From: Bigelowiella natans CCMP2755 | Lineage: Eukaryota > Protista > Cercozoa | Direction: 5' to 3' | Assembly: GCA_000320545.1 (NCBI GenBank) | Contig: ADNK01000490.1 | Location: 1-64,000, forward strand | Length of the DNA: 64,000 bases | Shown: positions 11,637 through 27,307 of the stretch, one piece after another | Numbering within the stretch: the first letter of the stretch is position 1 | Layout of the letters: the number at the start of each line of letters is the position of its first letter | The notes under the pieces: generated by a model | Seen by the model: only the letters and a program-made list of their open reading frames with translations | What the model was told of the DNA's origin: nothing | Databases searched by the model: none | Translations under genes and position numbers: made by a program

Positions 11637-13154
11637 TCAAATTTTGGCACTTACATCATTTATCCAATCCTCGAAAGACGATTCTTTGCTTCTTCCCCCC
11701 TTGCTGTTGCTTTCCAGTGACTTCAGTAAAAGTGGTGGCTCAGCGGCAAGAATTTCCCTTCGGCCAAAGCCCATTCCAAAGGAATTTTTGCTGTGCATCG
11801 TCGTTTTTGAAATGATCTCCTGTTCCTCTCCGCAAACTTTCAGCGGAATTGGTGGGATTTCGGTAGGGTTCATTTCCTTTGCTTTTGTGTGGTCTTCAGT
11901 TTTGTTAGCATTATTGCCGTCTTCCAACGTGAAATCAGGGGGTTCTTGGCAATAGGAGACCACGATAGCCTTCGTGTCCAAGGCAGCCGTCTTTTCAAGC
12001 TCGAAATGAATTTCCCCTTCCAAATTAAATGGAGATGGTGTCATATTTTCAGAATTGTTCCTCAAGCAAGTGCTGGGTTTAAGATCCTCTCCAGATAGAA
12101 CCCAACGGGCAAGATCCACTGCTTCTTGACCATGCGTGTGTTTTTTGTGACAACATTTTGAACGCTTTCTCGACATGTTCTTTGCGCATCTCGTCGCTTC
12201 CCTAGTATTTCGCTTACGGATTTCGGATGGATCGACATTGGAGGGAAAATATTTATGTGCGTCAACTGCTCCGAGAATCGCACTAATATTTAAATCGACG
12301 GGATTCAAAGACTGTTCGTTCCGGCAAAGAGGGCAGGTGTTTATATCATTTAATACGGCGCGTGCCAGACATTCCCAACAAAATTCATGACCGCATGCCA
12401 ATCGAACGGGGGTTACACAACTCTCGATGCAAATCGTGCATTGTTTCTGATCATTTAAAATCATTGTCAGCTTGAGTAAATTGAGCATCGCGATGTAGAA
12501 TTACTGACCTCGGTTACTTTATTTTTGTACTCCTTCAAGAAGCGTTCGGTCTGGGTGAAAAGGGATGAACTCTTAAGCGCCTTGTAAAAGTCTTGCTCCA
12601 ATAAAGTTTTCAGGATGAGATCTCTCATTGGCTTGGCAGAGAACTTGTCGTGTTTCTTCACAATTTTCAACACTGAAGACAATAGAGGTGAGTACCGGGA
12701 AAAAATAAGGACAACGTATTTTCACCTGCAATGTAATTGAGAATCATAAACTCGCGCAGTTCCTTCGTCTACGGTTAATGAAGAATATATCCGGAAAATC
12801 ATTTTACATTCATTCCAATTGAATGTGTGCAAATAACCTGTTGGCACAACTCTTCAAACTCATTCTGATCATCACTACCATTATTTTGGAATATGGAGGT
12901 CAGTTCCTTGAGTTTTTCTTCCCGTGCGAGAAAGAATTCATTCACCGCGTTGATTTCTTCGATCAAAGTCTGATACAATGTTTGTTAACGAATTTCGGTT
13001 TAAAATTGTTTAACTTCGCACAGACCTTGCCGAAGTGATTCCCCGCCCAATCGCTTTGCGGATGGATGAGGCGAATCACCTGTTTCAGGAACTTGTAATT
13101 TACATACCTCCACCCCGGCCGACTGTACTTCTTTAGAGTCTTCCCGAATTTCAT
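11637..13154 (-). CDS. SPX-RING E3 ubiquitin ligase (plant NLA/BAH1 and S. pombe Pqr1-like architecture)
   Basis: SPX: MKFGKTLKKYSRPGWRYVNYKFLKQVI ... LNYIA|VLKIVKKHDK. A 38-nt intron joins KVTE|LTMILND to the C3HC4 RING CTICIESCVTPVRLACGHEFCWECL...CPLCR. Confidence 0.9.
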
Positions 13155-15225
13155 TGTTTCGGTGAGACGAAGAAGGCGCAGCGGTGAGACAAGTACTGCT
13201 TAGACCTAATGGGAGGGGTTGTATTTGATGGTGTCAGAAACAAAACGTGTCAGATTTTCTTTCAGGAGTGCTCAATACCAGCAAATTAAAAACATTTTTG
13301 CAGTCGTCATGATACATTACAGCTAGTTACAAATTTTGAACTTTCTTTTATGATTACTTTGATACTTAAATATTTTGTTCGAAATATTAGCCATTTGAGA
13401 TGTCGCTATAAACATATAGCATATCGTATCCTCATTTGACATGCTAAGGTGAGGTTTATTCAAAGTTCATGACATTTCGTAGCTACGACGTCGACGTCGA
13501 CTCGTATGTCAGCCTTACGAGTAGATAGATCTACCGGCAAAAAAACAAAATCCGAAATTTTCCGCTCGGGCAGAATTTGGTGTGCCACATTATCAATTCG
13601 GCAATTAATCGTTATATTAGTTCGTCAATTATTGTCGCACTATATTTATTCAGGTAGAATCTCAGCTATAAAAACCACTATGTACAAATTTCGTTTCTTA
13701 ATTTTTGGTATTGTAATATATAGGCTAAGTTTTTAAAGCGACAAGGTATGCGGATTAAAAAATTGACACCGATAAATTAAGTAGATCTACGGTCTAGACG
13801 GTTGGAATTTCCCCAAATTTTTCGAACAATTTCCATGGATTTCGAGCCTATCAAACATTGAGATGTATCATTCAAGACTATACAAACCTGTAGTCTTATA
13901 TGAATATTAATTTTGAGATACGACCATAGTTTTCGTAGATTAAATTGTAATATTGGGATGAAACGGCTTCCACTTGAAAGAATTTTACGGATATCAAATA
14001 TGAATAAATTTTTTTGACTGTTTGTTTGTTCACAAAAAGAAGCAGACGACAATTGAACTATTTCAGATCTGATCTGCACTTATTACACAAGAAATAGCCA
14101 TAAACACATGGAATCTCTTGTTGAGAGGTTTGGAGATTACTTCAATTTGCTAGCTTATCTCGATATTCTTTTTGTACACTTACAATCAAAGATCAAACAA
14201 GCATGGTGAAAGGCGCCAAATTCGAGCTCACTGGTGATACCTATTTTGTTTAAAAATGAGGTTAAAAGGATGTCTTTCATGATAATTATAGTATATTCTT
14301 ACTGTGTCACCTTCTTCACTTTTCTCCGGTTCCAAAAAAGCAGTGTTGAGAGTGTGGTCTTTTCAGATTTTAGCCAATAATCGTATCATGCCTATCATCA
14401 GAATAGTAATTATAAATATTATATGAGACATGACCTATTTATTGTCGTAAGATAAATAAAATCGAATCATATGACCGAAAAATATTTGTACAAAGAGTTT
14501 TGTGCTGAAAGTGTTATAGTGGTAATTTCCAACAGAACGAAGAAGCAAGACATCATCCTAAGCTCCTCCCTCGGCGCCCGTCCATCTCCCGTAAGCCCAT
14601 TTCCATCCAAAATTTCGTAGACTACACTCATGGTTGGGATTTATAGAGGATTATAGTTCTAGTTGAGATGTAGTCAACGAGCTTTGTGGCTGAAGACACC
14701 ATAAAAAGGCAATGGCGGCTTGTTACTAGCCGCGCCTTTTCCTCTAGTGCAAGGCAATATTAGGAAGATAGTCTTGAAGCACTATTGGGAATACTTATTG
14801 TCATAAGAGGGAAAGAGGGTAAGTCCGTTGAGAGGCCTCGATTCCTGGATCACATAATGATATTCGGAAATTTTCGGAGCTAGAGCATGAGCCCAACGGT
14901 TAAATTTGACTAGTATAAAATGAAAGTATTTGGTAAATGTGCACTGGAATTAGAATAAGGGTTATATTGAACCTTTATTAAGCACATATGTTAAATTTGG
15001 GGGGTCATGCTGCGAAGAAGTTGGAATCTCGACAGCTGTATTAGAATTGGTGCAAAATTTAGAGCCAAATTAGAAATAGCTATTAACAAAGCAAGCACTT
15101 GTGGTGAACAGTTATAACGAGTGGTAGGTGTAGTTAGGTTCGTGGGTTATTATATCGCAGAAGAAATCCGAAGTGGATGGAGTTACTATACGTGCTCCAA
15201 TATTAATAAAATTTATAAATGTTTT

Positions 15226-15260
<35 letters not shown>

Positions 15261-15354
15261 CGTACACACACATACTATGAATCAAATATGTTGTCTCATT
15301 TCTTACGTACATTATCTCCTTTCTTTCTTAAATAAATATAATAGGTTTAGCGCA

Positions 15355-17217
<1,863 letters not shown>

Positions 17218-18480
17218 TACCTTGCGTGCGGCTTCTATGGCTCGCGTGGCCTGTGCAGATTTTATGCTACTTTTTGTGTCTTCTCAGTTGCAGATCCAGA
17301 TATTTCAAAAATTTTGTGGAGCAGCAGTCTTTTAGAGCTGTGGCTCCCTGTGGACCTAATAGATTTTCTTAGAGAAGAAGTTGATGATAACCCTAAAGGG
17401 AAATTAAAAATGCACACTGGCCCAGGACCATGTTGCCGCTACAACGGTAAATATGCTTTCATTCGATGTTTTGATTGGACGACATTCTTGCGATTCTAAT
17501 GCAAGATTAAATATGAGACCTCAGATTATTGGCCACAATGACATTGTGGTATTTAATTATCTTTGTGAGTAATAATAATTGCGGCACATTAAATATTCAA
17601 ATTGCAATATTCCGCGAATAGTAAAGTACATCGATGCCTCCTAATGAAAAATTCAGTCGCACTGATATCTAAGCATGTTCTAAGCACTACACACTATACT
17701 TTACTGCTATGCATGCAACGCATCAAGGCAGACGGCTATCAAATAAAGATTGTAGCTACCAGATATCTGTAAGCTAGCTAGGTTGTGCGTCTTCATTCAT
17801 CGTAGTGCACGATCGATATGATCTAAGCTAGTGACTGCTAGCATCACAGCTAGCTAGCTAGATAGAAGCTAGAGAAGGCTGCTTATGCGAAGTACAATAC
17901 TACTGCCGCATAGGTAAGCGTGACACTTCTGTAGTTAGTAGCTAGAGCGTAGTCCTAATTCGATTCTCTATATTATATGGCTATCGCTAGCTATGGTAGG
18001 ATGTCTTTTTAGATGTCATTGTGTGCGCATGCTCCAGCATGCACAACGCGCCTCATGCGACTGCTAGCAGCACAAGAGCAGCTAGCATGCTAGCATGTAT
18101 AGCTAGATAGGCTAGAGACTATGCTAGATGTCCAAACTAATCCTAGCAGCATCGCAGCAGGCTACTATGCTACGCGCTACGCACGGGCTGGCACAGGAGG
18201 ACAGAACGCATCACATAGCTAGACGGGCGGTGAACAGCAACAAACATATCTACTCTAATAACACTCGTGGCGTAGATAAGACTCGCATAGTCTAGCATGC
18301 GCGGCGCGCTAGCGCACCTCTGGCATACAATGTCGTAGTTATATAGTCATGTCTGCTGTATCACACTCTGATACGTTACTTGCTAGATCCTAGGTATATG
18401 CACAACTGTGTACTAGCCTCTAATTCGTTAAATACCACAAGCAGATACAAATGACAGTATCACTTCGATGTCGAGCTTTC

Positions 18481-19924
18481 TTATTGCTGTTTTTCGGCCT
18501 TTCCTTGAGAGATAGTGTAGCTTCCTTTTTCCGCTACCTCGAAGTTTGCCCCAGCCTAATTAATACGATAATATATTACATAAAATTCTCTGTAGACAAC
18601 TACTACACTGCTCTTCAACCTTCTTATCCAGAATGTAGCCGCGGATTCGAAACTTTTCATCGATTGCTGCAACATAGACATATGGCAATTTTAGATTATG
18701 CTGCTGGAGACTGCAGTGAACACAACACGTACATTTATCGTTCACGTCGATCATCTTGAACTCATGCCCATCATTTTCAACCTATTGTTATTCGTTCGAT
18801 TAGTAGGGAACACAAACCCAAGAAAAGTAGGTTAAATTTTTCTCGGAGCTGCTGCTGCTGCTGCGCTGGTACTATTACCTTGCCCTCATCGATCACAACT
18901 TTTGTCCCGGGTTTTGCAATCACCGTCAGAGCTCCATCAAGCTCGAGTTTCCTACAATGTTTAGACAATCTGTCATTTAGTAGCTACTCAACAGAGCAGG
19001 AAAGTCGCTTTTATCTATGATAGATTTGAAAAGAGGGAAATATGTTGAGACCGTACTTGACAGTGATATCGCCCTCCAGAACGAGAGTAGATTTGCTCGA
19101 AATCTTGACAGCTTTGGGTTCAGGAAACCTTCGCATATTATACGTGGAACACACGTTAATTCTCTTTTTCTTATCAGATCCTCAACGAACACAACCCCTT
19201 CACGGGGGAACCGACAGGGAAAACTACAATGAAATCACCTCGTTTTGAGCTGAGCCAATGTAGCAGCAAAGCTAGGCGCAAGGCAAACCTTTGCACCCAT
19301 GGAACATGGAATACCCAAGACTTTCTCCTGAGAAGAAGCAGGCAAACAGATACGTCGTACATATGTTTGCAGTGAAGACGACGATTTCATACTTTATAGA
19401 ATGTGTAATATTTGGAATAAGATTAATTCCTGCGTGAAAATCCACGCATCATCTATCGTCGGTGTAAACACTCATGATCCACCTCAGCCAACCCCTTCCA
19501 CCGCCATGTCACACTTGTCATCGTACTCAAGTTTTCTCTTCTATAATCAAGCGGGCCAGCACATTCCGCTTTGATATCTATCTATTCTACACGATGATGA
19601 TGATGATGATGATGATGATGATAATGATGATCACGTAAATCGTAGTACCACTTTGCCATCATCGTCGATCTCGATTCCAAGCAACTTGAGTTTCTTACGG
19701 TTAATCTGAAAGGGGTGCATAGATGGTACGTGACAATCGAAGGAGGAGGAGGAGGAAATAAGATTGTAAATCATTAAGGAGTTTACCACAAGCACACTTC
19801 TTTCTACTCCTTCTACTCTGTTACTATTACTGGTACTGCTGCTACTACAATCTCGAAGTTCGCCACCACCACCACCACCACCAACCACCAATAGCAGCAT
19901 CACCACCACCACCATCAGCAGTGG

Positions 19925-19960
<36 letters not shown>

Positions 19961-21353
19961 ACTTCATCATCGTCGTCGTAACCTTGTATGCATCAGCTTC
20001 TCCGGTGCATCCACTTTCACCAAACCCAGTCTTTTCTGCTTTTGTCTAAAATGGATGGAAAAGAAGAGGAAGAGGAAGAGGAGGAGGAAAATCGTAGCAG
20101 GCGGTGAGAGAGAGAATGATGAGCTGTTCGTATTAGTAGCAGGCGGTGAGAGAGAGAATGATGAGCTGTTCGTATTAGTAGTAGTAGTAGTAGTAGTAGT
20201 AGTAGCACCTTTGCGTCGTTAATGTTGTTTTTCACTGCAGAGAAGCACGAGAAACGGTCCAGAGAGGTGAAACCGACCTTTTGTTTGTCAGTAAGTCATT
20301 CATCCTTTCACTCTTTCATTATTTGAGTCGGTAAGTTAGTCAATTAAATATAGCTGTTTTATCCGTCCAGTGAGCAGCTACGAGATCATGAATCAAAACT
20401 ACTACTAGCTACTACTACTACTACTACTACTACTACAACAACACCACACATGATCAACCTTTGCCCCTTCATCACATAGGCGAGGATAATCTTGCATCTA
20501 CATAGAGCAGGGCGATGATTATGACGAAGGTAGAAGGAGGAGGAGGAGCCAAAGTAGCAGAAAGTGTGTTGTCGTGTTGGTGGTGATGAATTATTTTCAA
20601 ATTAAATTTATGGGAATTTCATTCAGCGAAGAAATTAGACGCAAGACGCGTAGAAGCTTGCAGAATTGGTAAAATAAGAGTAGCAGTGGTAGTTGCAGTA
20701 GTAGTAGTAGTAGTAGCTTTTTGGTTACTATTACCATGCACTCAAGCCGAGTTGGTTTCTTGAATGTAGTCTTCTCTGCGTCCTTATACCTAACACATTA
20801 GAAAGTGATGACGACAGTACTCCTCCTTTAAATGTGAGGGAGTATGAATGAGCACCTAGATGATCACTGAAAAATGAAGGACAATTCTTACTACAGAAGA
20901 ACAGGTGAAACGCATTTGATCGGCCCCGCACAACAACGGAAGGAAAATTCATTCTCTTATTTTTTTCCTTCTCATTCTTCTTCTTATTACTCCTCCTAAT
21001 GTAATACTCGTCATGCACAGAATCATCATCATCATCATCATCATCATCATATACGATAGCCAGATGATGGTGATAGATAATCACAGTTACTACTTTGGAT
21101 TGACGAACTCAGGCACCACGCCATGAGTCTTTTCCAGGTTTTTGGCGTACGGTTTCGCAGCGAAAACAAGAACGTTGATGTTGCCTGGTGAGACATAATA
21201 ATTGTGCCAAAAGTGATCGATCGATCACACATATTATGAATGAACGTGTTATATCAGCGGGTGGAGGCAGGCATTATTTTTATACTAGCAATGGCAAAAA
21301 TACCGGGATATGGAGAGAGGCCGCTTTTCTCATCAGCTTGGTCGCCTCCAACC

Positions 21354-21386
<33 letters not shown>

Positions 21387-21770
21387 GGCACCTAATATCA
21401 TCTTCATCATCATTATTATCATCATCCATTTGATCATTGCTGCTGCTGCGGCTGCTGTGCACATGCTCATCACCACCTCTCTCACCCTCCCAGGAAGAGG
21501 AAGAGGAGGAGGAGGAGGAGAAAGGAAAAACAACGGCTTGCCATTTGGAATAATGGGAAATAAAGAAAGAGAGGCGTGGTCAGAATTTTGTGTGGGGGGA
21601 GGGAGAAGGGGGCTCGGTTGACATATTTTACTACTACTACTACTACTTACCGGGGTAGTCTTTAGAAGTGCATCCAATTGGTTGTACTCCACGTTGATCT
21701 GATGATGACGGACCATTCATGATTGAAGAGATGAAGAAAAATAATATGATGTGGGTGTGGTGAGTGTGTC

Positions 21771-21823
<53 letters not shown>

Positions 21824-22096
21824 TACATCTACTTATCTTTGATTTTAATTATCTAATTCATTAGATAGGTGGTTGGTGTTGGTGTTGATCATTATCATCA
21901 TCATCATGATCGTCCTCATCATTATACATACTATACCGTAAGTTCGCTGAGACTCTTCTTTTTTCCTTCTTCGTTTGGAACCTGAGGAAGACAAGGTCAG
22001 GACGGACCAAGGAGAAAGAGGAGAACGGTGTGGAAGAAGATGATGACGTGACGACGATGATGATCATAATACGTGATGGATGATACACACACACAC

Positions 22097-22129
<33 letters not shown>

Positions 22130-22162
22130 TACACGCATACACGCATACACGCACACACGCAT

Positions 22163-22194
<32 letters not shown>

Positions 22195-22245
22195 ACACAT
22201 ACACACACACACACACACACATACACACATACACACACATACACA

Positions 22246-22287
<42 letters not shown>

Positions 22288-23074
22288 AATTTGCAGATAG
22301 CGCCAACGGCCTCTCCTGGTTTCCTTGGTACTGTTAGCGAGTTCACCTGCGCGTAGTTCGCAAGCAGGAGGGAGGCAGCAGCAGCAGCAACATGAGAAGT
22401 ATTAGTGATGATGGTGATAACAAATAACACTTGTTGGGATAGTAAAGGCACACTAATTCCTCCTCCTCCTCCTCCTCCTCGTCCACCCATCATTATCATC
22501 ACTATCATAGAGATAGAGATAGATTCAATAGGTTGTTTTCCCACCAAGCAATCACCATTCCATCCGTACTCCTAACCCTCCCCCTCTCCTCTCTCACCCT
22601 TGTAGTAGTAGCAGCAGTAGTAATAGATAGTAGTAGTACCTCAAGTCCGAGCTCCTTGCTGACCCCCATGCATGCCGTCAGAGCATTGAAGACCAAACCT
22701 GTACATCAAGTTCATAATCATCACCAAGAGGCAAGGAGGCAAGGAGGCGAGAGGCGAGGGGGAGGAAGAGGAAGAGGAGGAGGAGAAGAGGCAAGAGACG
22801 ATGTTCTCTCTTCGATTTAGTGGGTGATATCCAGAAGTAGCAGTATATATAAGTGGTGTGTTCAATAATTTGGTGGTAGCAAGTGGCTGTGTATGCTGCT
22901 GCTGCTACTTCTCGTACTAGTAGTAGTACCGTTCGTATCCTGGAAGAAGGAAATCCACTCAACGCCAGAGTCAGCCCATTTCTTCACTAAACCTGCAAAT
23001 AATGCGAATGGGGGGCGGGATGAATAACAATATTAATAAGAGAGAAGAGAACCGTTCAGTCACTACACCACAAG

Positions 23075-23105
<31 letters not shown>

Positions 23106-24080
23106 ATAGAGAGAGAGAGAGAGAGACTTAAGTAGTGGTGCTGTGGTTGCTATATCGTAAAGCTGGTAATGACGAAAGGGAGAGATGGAGGCAATACTCA
23201 TTTGCCAATAAATCGATCAACAATCCATCAATAATATCATTTCCATATCTTGCCTTTTATCACCACCACCATCTTTTCATTCTTCCTCTTCTTCGTTCTC
23301 TTCCTCCTCCTCCTCCTCTCTATTGTTTTGTCGATCTGCTCTCCATATTGTCACACCCCCCCCCCCCCCCCCCTATCACCTGCTTGGTAGAGAAGAAGAT
23401 GCACATCTCCGTGTCCGTGCGGCTTCGTAAGGAGCTTAAATGGGTCGCTCTGGTGATGATGATGTTTTTCATTCATCGTAATATATTCCAAAAAGTTCTT
23501 TAGTACGATCGATCGATTATCTTTGCACTACTACCACTACTACTACTGCTACTACTGCTACTACTGCTACTGATAATACTGATGATAATACTGAGCAGTA
23601 GGTGTACCGAATCCGTGGCGAAAGCACCGTCGTTGTTCATGATGGCTGGCACCTGATTATTATGAGTTGTGGTGTTGTTGTTCTTGTTGTTCTTCTTCTT
23701 GTTGTTGTGCAATAGTCATCATCGGCACCGCATGTAGGCAGAGAAGAAGAAGAGGAAGAATTTACTATCTGCTGCTGCTGCTGCTTTACCAGCACCATCA
23801 TCACCATGAGCACCGTCATCACTGCCAAGTAGTACCTTATCCTGCTGAACTAGTGTGATCTGGCCTTGAGCCATACCAAAATTCCTATGATAATGCTCAT
23901 CATCATCATCATCATCATCATCATCGTGGAAAGATCGCGCCCTCCCTTCCTCCTCCTCAGTGTACGACGGTGTGTCGATTGGTCATTTGCAAATAGCAGC
24001 AGCAGACGTTCTATACAACTCAACACTTTTTTCAATGCCCTGCGCAGACGTAACCGAAGCGATGTGTTATCATCAGCATT

Positions 24081-24112
<32 letters not shown>

Positions 24113-26925
24113 ACTTGTTTTCTTTGAGCAGTGCCTCGGTTTTCGCGTGGGTATCTCCCGAGGTCATGATTGCGAATGGGAGCTGCACCTGCAAAGTAGC
24201 AGCAGCAGCAGCAGCAACAACAACAACAACAACAACCAGCACATCAACTTACCTCCAATCCCTACGGTTCCTTTTCATCATCATCATCATCTTCTTCTTC
24301 TTCTTCTTCTTCTGAAAGCACTAGGCTGGCCGATACACACACATAGACTAACTAATCCACCACCTTGCCGTCGCCCTCTGTGTTTGCCAGAGCTTGCAGT
24401 GCCTATTCATTGTTAATGACGTATACTTATAAAAGTCAAACACAGCAGCAGTATAAGCCAGCATGGTGAATCATCAGATAAAATGAGTGCTGCAGTAAGG
24501 CTACAAACCAGGATGTTTTGGCAGTAGAACTGTAAGTAGCACGTCATCGTTGTGATCTCCAACGGAAGGGCGACCTTTCATTGTATATATGATGTAATTG
24601 TTGTTGCGACCGTGATGACGATGATAGTGATGATGATGATGATGATGATGATGATGACGACGACCCACAATCCTAGCCTTCTTTCTACCTTGATGCCGCC
24701 GTAGCCTAATCGCTCGCCAAGGCCTCCAGCAACGAGAACAAATGCTGCACCTCTGTAAATCGCAATGAATGATGGTTTAAGATGATGCTTGGATGTTTTG
24801 GTGTGTAAGTGCGCGAGCGTGTGTGTGTTCAAAAGAAAAATCTTAAAATTATGGAAGCAAAACTGAATCACATCTTAAACATGTGAACTTACATATACAT
24901 ATTAAAATATATATTATGTCATCATTTTCACGACTTTAGCTCCTTTATGCCCTTCCCCTCGTAGTCTAGGAACTTGTCGTCTCCGAAGTTGAGATTCATG
25001 CCTACTGGGACCTCAGGCTATATGCATATACATCAGTAGTAAAGACAAACAGATAAGTTTCTTTCTCGTTAGCAGCGGTATAATGTGAGTAGACAGCAGC
25101 GGTATAATGTGAGTAGACAGCAATTAATATTTACAAGCAACATAACGTACTGTGGGTGTGGTTTTGTGTGTGATTGTATTTGTATACATTTTACAATATA
25201 CTGCTTTTTGTACATCGTCACCAATACCATCGTTAATACCTTCCTCCACCATTCATAACCATAATAATAATAAGCATCATCATCATTATCACAAACACCG
25301 TGTATCCCGCGAATGGGTTTGTTCCCGCCTTCGATGATGCAAGCAGCACCTACGAGAGAGACAGGGAGAGAAGAGGGGGAGGGGGGGGGGCAGAAGGAAA
25401 AAATTATATGGATAGATAAACTTAAACTACATATTATGCAAAGATTCTAACAAAAAATGCACATTCCTTCTCGTGATATGATCGATCCTGTAACTGCAGC
25501 AGCTACAGCAGCAGCAGCAGCAAAAGAACCACCTTCGCCTTCTTTACATACTCCTTGAGACCTCCAGGGTATTTGCTGTCACAGCCCGAAAGGGAAGCCA
25601 TAAGCATCTTGGGTTTACCAGCTTTTGCTGATTCCTCGTTCCTGAATTATAGGAGGAGGAGGAGGAGGAGGAGGAGGAGGAGGAGGAGCGTATTATATCA
25701 CTGTTTGTGTGGAGTTGAAGGCAGAGGGGGAGTTGAGGAAGGGGGGCGGGTAAGCCATAGCCTGTTGGCCCACACTCAAAGACAGCAACTAAGTTGTTAC
25801 GCATACTAATACTTGTTGATATTACAGATTTACCATGGTTTGAAGAGATGAGTTTGGCCATTGTCAGCGAGGACTTGCGCAAGTTGAACCTTATTATTAA
25901 GGGAGAAGTTGTTATGACTACGATGATGATGATGATAATGATTAGCGAAGTGCGAACTTCATTGCGTCGACACCATCTCTTTACTATCTACCTGTGGAGC
26001 TGGAAGAATAGCTTTGCAGCCAGCAATACGTAGCTTTGCAGAAACGATCTGACGTTGATTGATTCTTGCTATTATCGAAGAAATTCATGCTGATGACGGT
26101 GCGTTTATCACGTCATCACATCTCTGCAACGACGATATACCTCCAGTGCCTCTTTTGAGACATCATTTTTTGTGATGGCTTCCTTGAATTCGGCAAGATT
26201 GACCTATGTAAGGTTCAAATCAGTTATCATCATCATCGTCGTCGTCATAGTCAGCTTGGGACCTTGCCGTCCTTCTGAAGTCCTTCCACCATCTTGCTCA
26301 TATCCACGGGAACCTGTGTTCAACATTTCGATACCCTCATTCAAAAATACATCCTGACGATATCGGTCCGCTTTGATTGTATTTTACTAAGAACCACGAC
26401 ATACGAGGGCGAGTAGATTTGCTGTGGAGATCTCGCCTTTGCCTGAGATTAGGTGAGCGGCGAAAGTTTATTTGGGATGAGCTCTTCTCAATGATTCGCA
26501 ATTTCTAAATATAAATTTTTACCATCGATGTCGATCAGCTTAAAGATTTCGTCATACTGGATTATAAAAGACAAGGCAAGGAACACACGAGACACATCAA
26601 AAAGGCACCGCGTGCGGAATTATCTACGACGTCCCTGCCAACCGAATTTGCAAGTATAGGGGGCGATAGATGAATTAGAATAATTTAAATTATTTTCCGA
26701 AGAACTGAATATTTTCCGTATTTCATCGCTATCCCCTCAAGTCGATTCAAGATGCGCATAAATGTATGCATGTATATCATATGAAATTCCAAGAGCTGTG
26801 TTCTGGATTCCGACGACGGGTGGCCATACAACTTGAGAAAGCGCATCTCTTAGGCAGACGTGTGGCTGCCACCAATCATAGCTACCAACCTGTTGAAGTT
26901 GTTGCTCAGAGGTCGCTGCTCCCAT
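18481..26925 (-). CDS. USP: UDP-sugar pyrophosphorylase with N-terminal myristoylation motif and EF-hand pair (>20 exons)
   Basis: LAQVLADNGQTHLFKPW, YPGGLKEYVKKAK|VLLASSKAGTNPFAGYT|PEVPVG, AAFVLVAGGLGERLGYGGIK|VALP, FAIMTSGDTH, NSLTVPRKPGEAVGAICKL, INVEYNQLDALLK, EKFRIRGY. Last exon AGANFEVAEKGSYTISQGKAEKQQ*. Confidence 0.92.
20094..20182. repeat. 42-bp tandem duplication (intronic)
   Basis: GTAGCAGGCGGTGAGAGAGAGAATGATGAGCTGTTCGTATTA occurs twice. Confidence 0.9.
22083..22286. repeat. Compound (CA)n/(CATA)n microsatellite of ~200 bp, representative of many intronic simple repeats
   Basis: Read directly; lies in a USP intron. Confidence 0.95.
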
Positions 26926-27307
26926 TGTCCTTGCCTCTCTGTAGATTATGGTAGTTGGTTGGGCGTATGAGGTGGGCTTTGCGAACACACAAAGTAAAAC
27001 GTATAGGGTTTCTAAGCTACGACACAAAGTTTTAGGGGAAAACAGTCGTACTCAAAGAGCAAAAAATCCACACCCTTCGATTGTGTGTTTACGAATCGCG
27101 ACAAAAATAAACCGAAGAGACTTATTACAAATTCATGACGTTTATGTAAGTCTCAGAAAGGGAGAGGGCTAAACCTTGATATTTAGCATTAATCCCTTGT
27201 CGCAGATTTGAGACCGCATACAGAAGCAACGTTTCTATCTGGTGGCGTCAGCTTCCAGCCCCCCTCGCGAGCAGACCATAGCGGAGCAACCCGGCATCTT
27301 ATCCACA

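Noticed and set aside
12467-12510. Apparent frameshift between the SPX and RING ORFs
   Set aside because: Explained by a 38-nt GT-AG intron that restores the frame.
13490-13800. Palindromes GTCGACGTCGAC and GTAGATCTAC as transposon ends
   Set aside because: No extended TIR pair or TSD could be established.
14615-14750. H/ACA snoRNA (two hairpins with an ANANNA-like ACACCA hinge)
   Set aside because: No ACA box follows the second hairpin on either strand.
21861-22547. Poly-VC/HT and other homopolymeric ORFs throughout the track
   Set aside because: They are translations of intronic microsatellites, not proteins.
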